In this document: one piece after another, positions 20,078-29,395 of the stretch | Layout of the letters: every line of letters begins with the position of its first letter | Numbering within the stretch: position 1 is the first letter of the stretch | DNA from: Tabrizicola sp. | GTDB taxonomy: Bacteria > Pseudomonadota > Alphaproteobacteria > Rhodobacterales > Rhodobacteraceae | Assembly: GCF_036781545.1 (NCBI RefSeq) | Contig: NZ_DAIQAT010000001.1 | Span: forward strand, 49,200-113,199 | Length of the DNA: 64,000 bases | Direction of reading: 5' to 3' | The notes under the pieces: generated by a model | What the model was told of the DNA's origin: nothing | The model's database searches: none | Seen by the model: the letters and a program-made list of their open reading frames with translations, nothing else | Position numbers and translations under genes: made by a program

Positions 20078-20913
20078 TCCCGATCCTGCGGACGGTGGCC
20101 GACCTGCGCGCCCTGGCGCGGGGCTGGCGCGCGAAAGGCGAAACCATCGGCGTGGTCCCGACCATGGGGGCGCTGCATGACGGACATCTGTCGCTGGCGC
20201 GGCGGGCGCGCGAGGAATGCGACCGGGTGGTCACCACGATCTTCGTGAATCCCAAGCAGTTCAACAATCCGGACGACCTGAAGAAATATCCCCGCAGCGA
20301 AGAGGCGGACGCGAAGCTCTTGGGGACGGTCCCGGTGGATGCGATCTTCGTGCCCCCGGTGGAAGAGGTCTATCCCGAGGGGTTCATCACCACCGTGTCG
20401 ATGCAGGGGGTGGCGCAGCCGCTGGAGGGGCACATGCGGCCCGGCCATTTCGACGGGGTGGCGACGGTGGTGACGAAGCTTTTCGGCATGAGCCTCGCAG
20501 ACAGGGGCTATTTCGGCCAGAAGGACTGGCAGCAGCTGCAGGTGGTGCTGCGGCTGGTGCGCGACCTGAACGTGCCCGTAGAGGTGGTGGGCTGCGAGAC
20601 GATCCGCGAGGCGGACGGGCTGGCGATGAGTTCCCGCAACGTGCGGCTGACGCCGGGCGGGCGGGCGAAGGCGCCGGTCCTTTACGCCGCGATCACCCGG
20701 GCCGCCGGGGACATTCGCTCGGGCCATGCCGACCGGATGGCGATCCGCGAGGCGGCCGAGGCGATGCGCGAAGCGGGGTTCGAGCGAGTGGAATATATCG
20801 AGCTGCGCGATGCCGAGACGCTGATGCCCTCGGACGACCCGCGCCGCCCGCGCCGGATGCTGGCGGCGGCCTGGGTCGATGGCGTGCGGCTGATCGACAA
20901 CATCCCGGTGTGA
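20074..20913 (+). CDS. panC: Pantoate-beta-alanine ligase
   Basis: [37 protein letters not shown]. Confidence 0.97.
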   Translation: MIPILRTVADLRALARGWRAKGETIGVVPTMGALHDGHLSLARRAREECDRVVTTIFVNPKQFNNPDDLKKYPRSEEADAKLLGTVPVDAIFVPPVEEVYPEGFITTVSMQGVAQPLEGHMRPGHFDGVATVVTKLFGMSLADRGYFGQKDWQQLQVVLRLVRDLNVPVEVVGCETIREADGLAMSSRNVRLTPGGRAKAPVLYAAITRAAGDIRSGHADRMAIREAAEAMREAGFERVEYIELRDAETLMPSDDPRRPRRMLAAAWVDGVRLIDNIPV

Positions 20914-20989
20914 GGGGCGGCTTTCAAGCGGAGCGCTGACGCGCGTACCCTTTGTCTCGTCGTCGGGCTGCGCCTCCTCCTCGGTCGCT

Positions 20990-21041
20990 GGGGGCGCTTC
21001 GCTCCCCAAACCCCCCGAGAGTATTTCTCAAGGAGCAAATG
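20990..21041 (+). repeat. REP-like short palindromic element (copy B)
   Basis: GGGGCGCTTCGCTCCCC hairpin, C-run, GAGTATTT, purine tail. Confidence 0.55.
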
Positions 21042-21123
21042 CGGGATTCCGCGCTTGGCGGATGGCGCCAGTTGCTGCAAGACTTGCGCCGTTCAGCGGC
21101 GTCCGAAAATCCGGCGCCGGGAT

Positions 21124-21144
21124 GATGTAATTCACTGTTACATC
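21124..21144. promoter_or_regulatory. Inverted repeat upstream of the AAA operon (candidate TF site)
   Basis: GATGTAA-N7-TTACATC, 37 bp before the ATG at 21181. Confidence 0.5.
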
Positions 21145-21180
21145 GCTTAAGTTATTGAAACGGGTTCAACGGAGGGTCGG

Positions 21181-22251
21181 ATGGCCGATTTCGAGACGCA
21201 GATCAAGGAAAGCCAGGCGCAGGTCGCCGAGGCACAGGCGAAGATTTCCGCCATCACCAGCCGGATCGAAGCGGCGCGGTCGAAGCTGGACCAGGGCGCC
21301 GAACTGGACGTGGAGAACGCCACGCTGGAGGAGGTGCACAAGCACACCGACCTGATGAACGCCAACATCGCCGAACTGATCATGGGGCTGGACGATGTGA
21401 CGGCGGGCTTCTCGAAGGATTTCGACGAGATGCGGACCAAGACCGGGATGGAGAGCTTCATCGGCATCTTCTCCTCGGCCAAGGCGGAATCGATGCGGCA
21501 GGAGCGGATGCGGGCCGCCTCGATCGACGACAAGCTGCAGGACCTGATCTCGAAATCGGACGTGATCGTGAAGCTGTTGCAGGGGCAGCTCGACATCCTG
21601 AACGCGCAGAAGACCAAGGTCGAGGGCAACCTCGCCGGCACCCTGACCGAGCGGGAAGAGACCGTCGGCGCGCTGGAGGCCGTCAGGGCCGAGGTGGCGG
21701 CGATGGACCCGAGGATCATCGAGCTGGAGAACAAGATCAGCGTCGAGCAGGACGCGGCGGCGCGGACCAAGCTGGAGACGGAACTGGCGACGCTGAACGC
21801 GAAGTACAACGCGCTGGTGCAGGACGAGCAGGTGAAGCTGGCGAAGTCGCAGACGCTGGAGCGCTATATCGAGAAGGGCAAGACCTGGGTCGACTCGCTT
21901 CAGAACCAGGCGGCGACGCAGCTGGTGCTGATCAACAAGCTGCAGACGGACACCAAGCAGCGGGTGGTGCTGTATGACGCGCTGACCTCGTCCTTGAAGA
22001 CGGCGCAGCAGCAGGACGTGGCGCACCGGATCAACGAGATCGGGGTGAAGACCGACCAGGAGGCGCAGACCGCGATGGCCGCGATCGGGGCCGCGACCAA
22101 CGACAAGATGGCCGACATGCTGGAAGCGCATGAGGGCCACATGGTCTTTGCCCGGCAGATCCTGGAGCAGAAGGCGAAAGCGGACGAACGCTTCGCGCGC
22201 CGGTTCGCGGCGATTGTCGAGAAGCACGACAAGAATGCGTATGGTGGCTAA
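21181..22251 (+). CDS. Long coiled-coil protein of unknown function (TelA/PspA-like character)
   Basis: 356 aa, nearly all helical heptad pattern, almost no Pro; GGAGG RBS; host-like codons. Confidence 0.8.
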   Translation: MADFETQIKESQAQVAEAQAKISAITSRIEAARSKLDQGAELDVENATLEEVHKHTDLMNANIAELIMGLDDVTAGFSKDFDEMRTKTGMESFIGIFSSAKAESMRQERMRAASIDDKLQDLISKSDVIVKLLQGQLDILNAQKTKVEGNLAGTLTEREETVGALEAVRAEVAAMDPRIIELENKISVEQDAAARTKLETELATLNAKYNALVQDEQVKLAKSQTLERYIEKGKTWVDSLQNQAATQLVLINKLQTDTKQRVVLYDALTSSLKTAQQQDVAHRINEIGVKTDQEAQTAMAAIGAATNDKMADMLEAHEGHMVFARQILEQKAKADERFARRFAAIVEKHDKNAYGG

Positions 22252-23376
22252 GTGGCCAACGAGGTCAAGGACCAGCTCACCTCGGACCATGCCGAGCTGT
22301 ACGATACGCTGACCGCTCGCCGCTACTTCGCCAAGTTCGAGCGGATCGGCGGGCATCTCGCGCGGGTGGCGGCGGAGGTGGAAGCAGAGGGCAAGCTGAG
22401 CCGGACCGAGGCGCGGGTGCTGGGGGTCTATCTCAAGGCGGTGGCCGGGACCTTCCGGGCGCTGTCGAACAAATACCTGATGACCGGGCGGGGCGAGGGC
22501 GCGCCGAAGCTGACCATCGACCGGCACGAGAGCGGCTTCCCGGTCGCGCAGGAACTGATGACCATGGCGGTCGATGCCCAGCAGGCCGAGCGGCATCTGG
22601 CCGGGATGCCATCCGAGACCGAGCTGAAGGACCGGATGGTGCGGCAGATCGTGGGAGAGCTGACGATCCCCACCGCACTGCAATTCGCCCTGTCGCAGCG
22701 CTATTACTACGAGGCGCTGGCGGCGGGGGGCATCTTCTGGGCGCGGAACGACCCGGATGCGCAGTGGATCGCCAATGTGGGCGAGCGGCGGCAGTATCTG
22801 GTGCATTGGGCGGTCTGGGACACCCAGGTCAACCTGCCGGTGGTCTATCTGATGGACCTGGAGGATTCCGGGCGGAAGCCCCTGCCGAACGACGCCTACC
22901 GCTGGCCGCAGGTGCAGCACGCGCTGATGGCGCAGGCCATCGGCGGGTTGAAGCTTCTGACCATCGCCACCGGCTTCGACAAGGATTTCGCCGACCTGCA
23001 CCCGAAGCGGCTGCGGCGGATCGTCCTCGGCCCGATGTATTCGGCAAGCTTCACCCTGCAATCGGGGCCGATTTCCCAGGTGCTGGAAGGGACGAAGGCG
23101 CCGGATGGCGAGGATTGGGCGCTGGTCTGGACGGTGGAAGATCTGGTGTCCGAGCGCGAGGAAGCGGTGAAGGAAGGCTGGTTCTCCTCTTCCGTCCGGC
23201 AAATCTACAAGCTCGACCCCGTGGCGGGGGCGGATCTGGGGGCCACGCGGCAGGAGCGGATGATCATCCTGCCCGAGAAACCCTATCAGGTGCTGGTGGA
23301 ACAGAACCCGAGGGGCTTGCAGGGCCTTCGGAAGTTCGTGGTGGGGGCCGGGGGGCGGTTGATTCCGACGTTGTGA
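22252..23376 (+). CDS. Conserved hypothetical protein
   Basis: 374-aa ORF starting directly after the upstream stop (TAA-GTG); host-like codon usage. Confidence 0.8.
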   Translation: MANEVKDQLTSDHAELYDTLTARRYFAKFERIGGHLARVAAEVEAEGKLSRTEARVLGVYLKAVAGTFRALSNKYLMTGRGEGAPKLTIDRHESGFPVAQELMTMAVDAQQAERHLAGMPSETELKDRMVRQIVGELTIPTALQFALSQRYYYEALAAGGIFWARNDPDAQWIANVGERRQYLVHWAVWDTQVNLPVVYLMDLEDSGRKPLPNDAYRWPQVQHALMAQAIGGLKLLTIATGFDKDFADLHPKRLRRIVLGPMYSASFTLQSGPISQVLEGTKAPDGEDWALVWTVEDLVSEREEAVKEGWFSSSVRQIYKLDPVAGADLGATRQERMIILPEKPYQVLVEQNPRGLQGLRKFVVGAGGRLIPTL

Positions 23377-23387
23377 TTGCTGAACAC

Positions 23388-23432
23388 CCGGGGCGCCGCC
23401 CCGGACCCCGGGATATTTGAGCAAAGATGAAA
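23388..23432 (+). repeat. REP-like short palindromic element (copy C)
   Basis: CCGGGGCG-C-CGCCCCGG hairpin, ACCCC, GGGATATTT, GAGCAAAGATGAAA tail. Confidence 0.6.
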
Positions 23433-23443
23433 GGGCTTGGCCG

Positions 23444-25372
23444 ATGAGCACGCGCGACACGATGGAGCTGAAGGAAGAGGCGGTCCGGGCGCAGTATGAG
23501 GCGGCGCTGGGAATGGTCTTCGGCTTCGATCATGCGCCGCGGCTGGCGAAGCCCCTGGTCTCGGCGCCCGCGGCGGAGCGGTCTCCGGGCATCGGCGTGC
23601 GACCCACCTTCCGGTCCACCGTGCCGGGAATGGCGACGCGGTCGACGGCGCGGCCGGGGGGCGTGCGGCTCAGCGAGCGGGTGGAGGGGCTGTCGGACGG
23701 GCTGGTGTCCCCGGTGCAGGCGGCGGTGCTGAACGCGCTGCGGCGCAGCCTCGCGATTGCGCTGGCGATGGGCGAGACCTTCTCGGCGCAGTCGGGTCTG
23801 GCCGAGCTGAAGAAGGCCAACCTGGAGGGCCGGGTGCCGGACGCCCGCCGCGCGGAGTTCGGCGAGTTGTTGCAGGGCGAGGCGCTGGTGGTGCTTTTCA
23901 CCTTCGGCAATGCGCTGGCCTATCTGATCGCTCCGCATGTCGGGCCGGGGACGGTGGAACTGGGCGAAGTCGAGGAGGTGCTGACCGACAACGCTCCGCT
24001 GGCCTTGCAGGGCGCGCTCTGGGAGCTGGACCAGGACATCGGCGCGCTGGCGACGGATGATGCGAAGCTGGTGGCGGTGGTCTCGGCCTTTGCCGAGGCG
24101 CTGATGAAGAAGGTGCAGATCAGGGCGGAGAACGGGGCGCGGGTGTCGGTCTTCACCGGCGGAAGCTGGAAGGTGGAGGCCGACGGGCTGACCATCGCCG
24201 GGTTCAAGCCGGCCAAGGCGGCGAAGGGCGGGTCCATCGTGATGGCCTTCAAAGCGCCGCACGAGGTGGTGGGGAACCATATCGCCAAATACCAGTCGAT
24301 GCGGCTGGCCAAGATGCTGATGGCCTATGACTTCGACCGCCGCCTGAACCCGTTCGCGGAACTGGGCGGGTTCATCTTCACCTTCATGGGCGACGGGAAG
24401 CCCGGCACGGGCAAGACCACGCTGATCCAGATGATGGCGGGCCTTCTGGACGGCTATTGCAGGCAAGCGGGCTATCCGTTCCGCTACCAGAACTTCAGCA
24501 TCGACCAGATCGACAGCTATCAGGGCAAGTCGGGGCAGAACGCCAAGGCCTTCATCGACGCGGTGCTGGACCCTTCGGTGATCGGCTTCGGCACCATCGA
24601 CGACATCGACCAGGTGGCGGGCAAGCGCGGCGACCGGCAATCCAGTGCGGGCCAGCAGGAGGTGACGGCGGTCTTCATGCAGGCCTTCGCGGGCGCGGGC
24701 ACGGTGGTGCGGGGGAACTGCACCTTCGGCATGTTCAGCAACTATCCGGAGAACGTGGACGACGCGCTCCGCCAGCGGGCCGGAGCGCGGTTCCTGGTCG
24801 ACGGGCCGCAGAGCCGCGAGGATTACATCGACATCCTCTCGCTGCTTCTGGGGAAGAACCATTCCATTCCCGTGGGCCAGCATGATCTGTTCGCGGCGCA
24901 GGAGATCAGGCGCGCGGTGGCGGCGTCGTTCGAGGGCTATTCCCGACCGCATGAGGAAGGCTTGCTGAAGGTCTGGGACCGCGTGGCGGCGGAGACCGGG
25001 CCACTGGATACACTGGCCAAGATCGGCACCTATCTGAAGGCGATCCAGCAGGCGGACGAACGCTTCACCGGACGGGCGATCAAGAACATCACCGACGCGG
25101 TGAAGGTCCGCGCGATGGACTTCGAACTGCCCGATGAATGGATGGAGGAGCCGGACCTGTTCCTGTTCAAGCCCTATGACGAGAAGCTGGGCATGATCAA
25201 AGGGCTGATGACGCCGATCACGGTTGAGATGGTGATCCAGGAGGTGAACCGCTACGCCGACAGCGAATTCCGCTATGCCGACAAGTCGGACGAGGTCGCC
25301 ATCGAGGCGATGGTGCGCGACTTCGGCCGGACGGAAGAGGCGAAGCGGCGCTATCTGGAGGGGAAGGGGTGA
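23444..25372 (+). CDS. AAA+ ATPase (classical AAA clade-like) with long N-terminal domain
   Basis: Walker A GKPGTGKT; pore-loop-like SYQGKSGQN; Walker B GTIDDID; SRH-like SNYPENVDDALRQR. Confidence 0.88.
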   Translation: MSTRDTMELKEEAVRAQYEAALGMVFGFDHAPRLAKPLVSAPAAERSPGIGVRPTFRSTVPGMATRSTARPGGVRLSERVEGLSDGLVSPVQAAVLNALRRSLAIALAMGETFSAQSGLAELKKANLEGRVPDARRAEFGELLQGEALVVLFTFGNALAYLIAPHVGPGTVELGEVEEVLTDNAPLALQGALWELDQDIGALATDDAKLVAVVSAFAEALMKKVQIRAENGARVSVFTGGSWKVEADGLTIAGFKPAKAAKGGSIVMAFKAPHEVVGNHIAKYQSMRLAKMLMAYDFDRRLNPFAELGGFIFTFMGDGKPGTGKTTLIQMMAGLLDGYCRQAGYPFRYQNFSIDQIDSYQGKSGQNAKAFIDAVLDPSVIGFGTIDDIDQVAGKRGDRQSSAGQQEVTAVFMQAFAGAGTVVRGNCTFGMFSNYPENVDDALRQRAGARFLVDGPQSREDYIDILSLLLGKNHSIPVGQHDLFAAQEIRRAVAASFEGYSRPHEEGLLKVWDRVAAETGPLDTLAKIGTYLKAIQQADERFTGRAIKNITDAVKVRAMDFELPDEWMEEPDLFLFKPYDEKLGMIKGLMTPITVEMVIQEVNRYADSEFRYADKSDEVAIEAMVRDFGRTEEAKRRYLEGKG

Positions 25373-25752
25373 GCAACTCCCTCTCCCTCGATCTCTGGAA
25401 CGCGATCCTGCCGCTGGCGGTGCTGTGCGGACTGGTGGCCTTTCTGCCGGGGTGGTTTGCGGGGCGGGGGTGCCTGTCGCAGCGGGTGCTGGCCTGGGCG
25501 GTGGTGAAGACGGCTTTCGCGGCACTGATGGTCGGGGCCGGATTGGCGGTGACCCTGTATGCGGCGATCAATAACGGGGTGCTGGCGGGGATCGCGGCGG
25601 CTCCGCTGGAGCGGATGGGGTTCTTCCTGGGCCGCTCGGCTTTGTTCGCGCTCCTGTGGGGGCCGGTGCTGGGCTTCGTGTGGCTGGTGAAGGCGCAGGA
25701 GATGAACCGGCGGATCGGGATGCGGATGATGGATGAGGGGGGGAAGGGGTGA
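25369..25752 (+). CDS. Small integral membrane protein (3 TM)
   Basis: Three hydrophobic segments; GTGA overlap with the ATPase stop. Confidence 0.75.
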   Translation: MSNSLSLDLWNAILPLAVLCGLVAFLPGWFAGRGCLSQRVLAWAVVKTAFAALMVGAGLAVTLYAAINNGVLAGIAAAPLERMGFFLGRSALFALLWGPVLGFVWLVKAQEMNRRIGMRMMDEGGKG

Positions 25753-26291
25753 AAGAATTCCTCTCAAATTGGAATCAGTGGATTACAGACCACCAAGCTC
25801 TTGTTGTTGCGGTTGGACTGCCTCTCTTGACCGCTTTAGCGTCAGCTATTGTCGCCTTCTTGACAAGCAAAGCTAGTCTCAAATCCCAGAATCGAGATCG
25901 TGCCTTCCAGCGAGAGGCAAAGATATTCGATTATGAGATGTCAAAGATCGCGCAATTGCGGACTGCGGCCCAAAGATATGAGACAACCGAATTCTTGCTC
26001 GGTTTTGATTTGAACTCCGGGCGTTTGGGCCAAGAAGTCAAAACGATACCCCGTGATCGTGCCAACAAGATGATCGACGATCTTGTCGCATTGATGATCG
26101 AGATTTCTCTTCTCGTCGACCCCGCAGATTCTGAAGCCGGTGTTCTAGACGCCGCCCTTCGGATCCAGGTGCGTGATTTTTCGGACGAATGTAACGCCGA
26201 TTCGGGCGAAAAATCGAAGCGCTTCTTCCCTGTATGCAAGCGCATTATAGACAGGATGGAAGCAAAGGCGAAGGCGAGGTTAGCAACATGA
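25749..26291 (+). CDS. Low-GC hypothetical protein with N-terminal TM helix
   Basis: 180-aa ORF with 4-nt overlaps at both ends; visibly AT-richer codons (TTA, TTG, CTA, ATA) than neighbours. Confidence 0.7.
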   Translation: MKEFLSNWNQWITDHQALVVAVGLPLLTALASAIVAFLTSKASLKSQNRDRAFQREAKIFDYEMSKIAQLRTAAQRYETTEFLLGFDLNSGRLGQEVKTIPRDRANKMIDDLVALMIEISLLVDPADSEAGVLDAALRIQVRDFSDECNADSGEKSKRFFPVCKRIIDRMEAKAKARLAT

Positions 26292-27643
26292 AACGCCTCA
26301 TCCAACGCGGCCTGATGTTCGGGAACCTGATCGAGGTCTCCTCCCCCGCCCTTGTGGAACGCTACAACCGCGCGCTCAAGCACCTCACCGGCAAGACCAC
26401 CAAGCTCGACGATTTCCACATCGACCTCTCCGGCTATTCGCCCGAGATCGGGGACGAGCTTCAGGACGACCTCTACCTCAACCCCAACGGGGCCAACCGG
26501 CAGTTCATCCTGCTTACCACGGCGCAGAAGGATGCGCCGCTTCTGAACATCAAGTTCTCCACCTCGCGCGGGATCCTGACCCAGTTCATCGAGAAGAACG
26601 AGGCGCAGCTCTTTGCCTTGACCGCGCGGGATGCGGTGGCGGGGGAGCTGCAGAATTCGGTCTATGCGGTGGACACGCCCGCGCGGCTCTTCGACATCCG
26701 GCAGGTGACGGTCGAGGCCGACACGATCGGCGGGCATGTGGCGGATGCGGGCAGGCTTGCCAAGCTGATCGAACGCTTCCGGGCCGAGCCGGACGGCTGG
26801 CGCGATGACCTGCTGGTGGCCGAGATGATCACGCTGGCCAAGAAGACCGGCGACGTGACGCGGGTGCCGATCAGCCTGCCGGCGATGACCTTCAGCCAGG
26901 CCAACTTCTGGACCAGCCATTTCGGCGGGGTCTACATCTTCCGCGAGGTGAAATACCCGGCGGCGATCTCCAGCCTCGACTGGCACTCGCTGGGCGAGGT
27001 GCCGGTGCCGCAGGTGATGGACCTGACCCTTCGCAACCAGATCGCCGACTGGCTGGAGCGGAACGGGCTGACCGAACCCATCGTCCAGGCGCGCGGCATG
27101 GATGCGGCGGCGGTCCTGCGGCAGAAGATGGACTTCATCCTGGTCGACGCGGCGGACCGGCTGGGGATCGAGGTCGGCGACGCGCGGCGGACCGAGTTGC
27201 GCAAGGTCGCCTACAAGCTGGGCTCTGCTCTGCCGGAGGAGTTCCTGGGGCTGGCGGCCCTGCTGCGCTGGGTGGAGGCCGGGGGGGCCTGGCCGAAGAT
27301 CACCTCGGAGCATCCGGCCTATTTCTACACGTTGCGCGGCAAGGCGGGGCCGGACCGCGATCTGGTGAACATGCTCTTGTCCGAGCTTTCGCCGATGGAC
27401 ATCCGGCAGATGTTCATCGTCCACAAAGAGCTGTTCTACGCTCAGTACAAAACCTGGTCCGACCGCAAGAAGACTTATGTCGCGGATTTCCTCGCGCGGG
27501 AGTATCAGGTGGACCGGGAAGGCGCGCGGACGGCGCTTTTCGGGCCGGAGCCGGCGATGGACGAATTGCACCGCCCGCAGATGGCCGAGGGGCCGAAGCC
27601 GGCGCGCGGGCCTGTAGTCGGCCCCTGGGGAGGGAGACGCTAG
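26288..27643 (+). CDS. Conserved hypothetical protein (DUF6638-like)
   Basis: MKRLIQRGLMFGNL..LVERYNRAL..FHIDLSGYSPEIG..YLNPNG; family name recalled, not searched. Confidence 0.75.
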   Translation: MKRLIQRGLMFGNLIEVSSPALVERYNRALKHLTGKTTKLDDFHIDLSGYSPEIGDELQDDLYLNPNGANRQFILLTTAQKDAPLLNIKFSTSRGILTQFIEKNEAQLFALTARDAVAGELQNSVYAVDTPARLFDIRQVTVEADTIGGHVADAGRLAKLIERFRAEPDGWRDDLLVAEMITLAKKTGDVTRVPISLPAMTFSQANFWTSHFGGVYIFREVKYPAAISSLDWHSLGEVPVPQVMDLTLRNQIADWLERNGLTEPIVQARGMDAAAVLRQKMDFILVDAADRLGIEVGDARRTELRKVAYKLGSALPEEFLGLAALLRWVEAGGAWPKITSEHPAYFYTLRGKAGPDRDLVNMLLSELSPMDIRQMFIVHKELFYAQYKTWSDRKKTYVADFLAREYQVDREGARTALFGPEPAMDELHRPQMAEGPKPARGPVVGPWGGRR

Positions 27644-27922
27644 ATGGGTTGGTTGCGGCTAGCATTCCTGATGTATGTGGCGCTGACGGTAATCTACTTC
27701 CTCACCGGCATCTACTCCCGCTCGGTCCGGCGCGAGAAGCTGGAGAAGGAATGGGACGCCGACCCCGCGCGCCAGGGCCTGTCCCAGCAGGAAAGATCGG
27801 CCTTCATCGAGGCCGGGATGGTGCATTACGACAAGGGGCTGAAAAAGCGCCTCTTGTGGCTTATCTATATCATTCCGACCATCGGCTTTCTGGTCACCAT
27901 CTATCTCGTCAACTGGCACTGA
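27644..27922 (+). CDS. Small two-TM membrane protein
   Basis: Hydrophobic termini with charged middle; starts directly after upstream stop. Confidence 0.8.
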   Translation: MGWLRLAFLMYVALTVIYFLTGIYSRSVRREKLEKEWDADPARQGLSQQERSAFIEAGMVHYDKGLKKRLLWLIYIIPTIGFLVTIYLVNWH

Positions 27923-27934
27923 AAGGACGCGTCC

Positions 27935-28615
27935 ATGTGGACCAAGATCAAGTGGGGCATCCGCATCCTGCTGCTGCTGATCGTCGGCCTGTTCCTGCAT
28001 TACACCATGCCGCAGCGCGATGTGGTGCAGATCATCAACACCTACAACAAGAACACCCCCATCGGCGCGAACTGGATGTTCTACTCCATCGAGGACACCG
28101 GAACCGGGGTGGAGACCACCTCGACGATCCGCGACATCCGCTACATCGACGCGGTCTTCCCCGACGGGAAAAGCGTGATGGTCTACCGCAACGAGGATAC
28201 GGGCTGGTTCTGGCCGCCCTATTTCAAGTGGGATTCCAGCACGCTGCAGGCCGAGGCGACGAACCTGAAGTCCGACAAGGCCAACCCGCAATGGGTGGCG
28301 GTGACGCATTACGGCTGGCGTATGCCGATCTTCTCGATCTTCCCCAACGCGGTGAAGATCACCCCGGTCTCGGGGCCGGATGTGACGCTGATCCCCTGGG
28401 TCAACATCGTGATCCTGGCCTTCCTGGCCTTCGTGGTCCTGATGATCCGCAGGATGTGGATGCAGTTCCGCGAGCGGATGGTCGACCCGGCGCTGGCCGA
28501 TGTGGGCGAGACCTTCGATGCGGCCGGAGAACGGGTGGAAGCCGCCCGGAAAGAGGCGCGCGGGTTCTTCGGGCGGATCGGGGCCTGGCTGAACACCTGG
28601 AAGGCGAAGAAGTAG
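27935..28615 (+). CDS. DUF1523-like membrane-anchored protein
   Basis: LHYTMPQRD, VYRNEDTGW.WPPYFK.DS, HYGWR..SIFPNA; N- and C-terminal TM. Confidence 0.82.
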   Translation: MWTKIKWGIRILLLLIVGLFLHYTMPQRDVVQIINTYNKNTPIGANWMFYSIEDTGTGVETTSTIRDIRYIDAVFPDGKSVMVYRNEDTGWFWPPYFKWDSSTLQAEATNLKSDKANPQWVAVTHYGWRMPIFSIFPNAVKITPVSGPDVTLIPWVNIVILAFLAFVVLMIRRMWMQFRERMVDPALADVGETFDAAGERVEAARKEARGFFGRIGAWLNTWKAKK

Positions 28616-28699
28616 GGTCATCCATCCTGCGCTCCTCGCGGAGATGGCGAAGAGCGCCGAAGACGCGATCAGCGGCCCGATGGGGACTGCAGCTTTGCC

Positions 28700-29320
28700 T
28701 CAGGCCGCGCGCGTTGTTGCGGTCACGACGCCTGCCCCGATCAGCAACGCCCCGCCCGTCCGGTTGAAGCCGCGCACCAAGCGTTCCGACCGCACCAGTC
28801 GCCGGGCGCGGCTGGCGAGCAGGCCATAGCCAAGCGCATTGGCGAAGGCGAGGGTCAGGAACGTGGCCTCGAACACGGCGATCTGCGTCAGCACGTCGCC
28901 GGAGCGGTCGAGGAACTGGGGCAGGAATGCCACGAAGAAGGTGATGCTTTTCGGGTTCAGGGCGGTGACCAGCCAGGCATGGGCGATCATCCGTCCGGCG
29001 CCCTTGCTTTCGGTCACGGGCTTGGCGTTCAGGGTGCCTCCCGCCCGCCAGAGGTTGATGCCAAGCCAGATCAGATAGGCCGCCCCGGCCAATTTGAGCA
29101 GGGTGAAAAGGCTGGCCGAGGTGGCGAGCAGCGCTCCGATCCCCAGCATCGACAGGGTCATCGCGGTGAAATCTCCCAGGGCGACGCCCACCGCTGTCGG
29201 AAAGGCGGCGCGCCAGCCCTGGCCCAGACCGTAAGAGATGACCAAAAGGATGGTCGGGCCCGGAATGATGAGCAACACCATCGTAGCGGCGGCGAATGCG
29301 GCCCAGTGTTCGAATGTCAT
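28700..29320 (-). CDS. LysE/RhtB family translocator
   Basis: IIPGPT, LKLAGAAYLIWLG, LNPKSITFF.AFLPQF. Confidence 0.92.
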   Translation of the reverse strand: MTFEHWAAFAAATMVLLIIPGPTILLVISYGLGQGWRAAFPTAVGVALGDFTAMTLSMLGIGALLATSASLFTLLKLAGAAYLIWLGINLWRAGGTLNAKPVTESKGAGRMIAHAWLVTALNPKSITFFVAFLPQFLDRSGDVLTQIAVFEATFLTLAFANALGYGLLASRARRLVRSERLVRGFNRTGGALLIGAGVVTATTRAA

Positions 29321-29395
29321 GTGATCCTCCCTGCTTACGGCACCAGCAAAGACAGGGAGAATGACGGCTGTCCAGAGAGATGGACAGCCGCCGGA

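Noticed and set aside
21166..27571. Long minus-strand ORFs (764, 753, 546 aa)
   Set aside because: Shadows of the translationally coupled plus-strand operon
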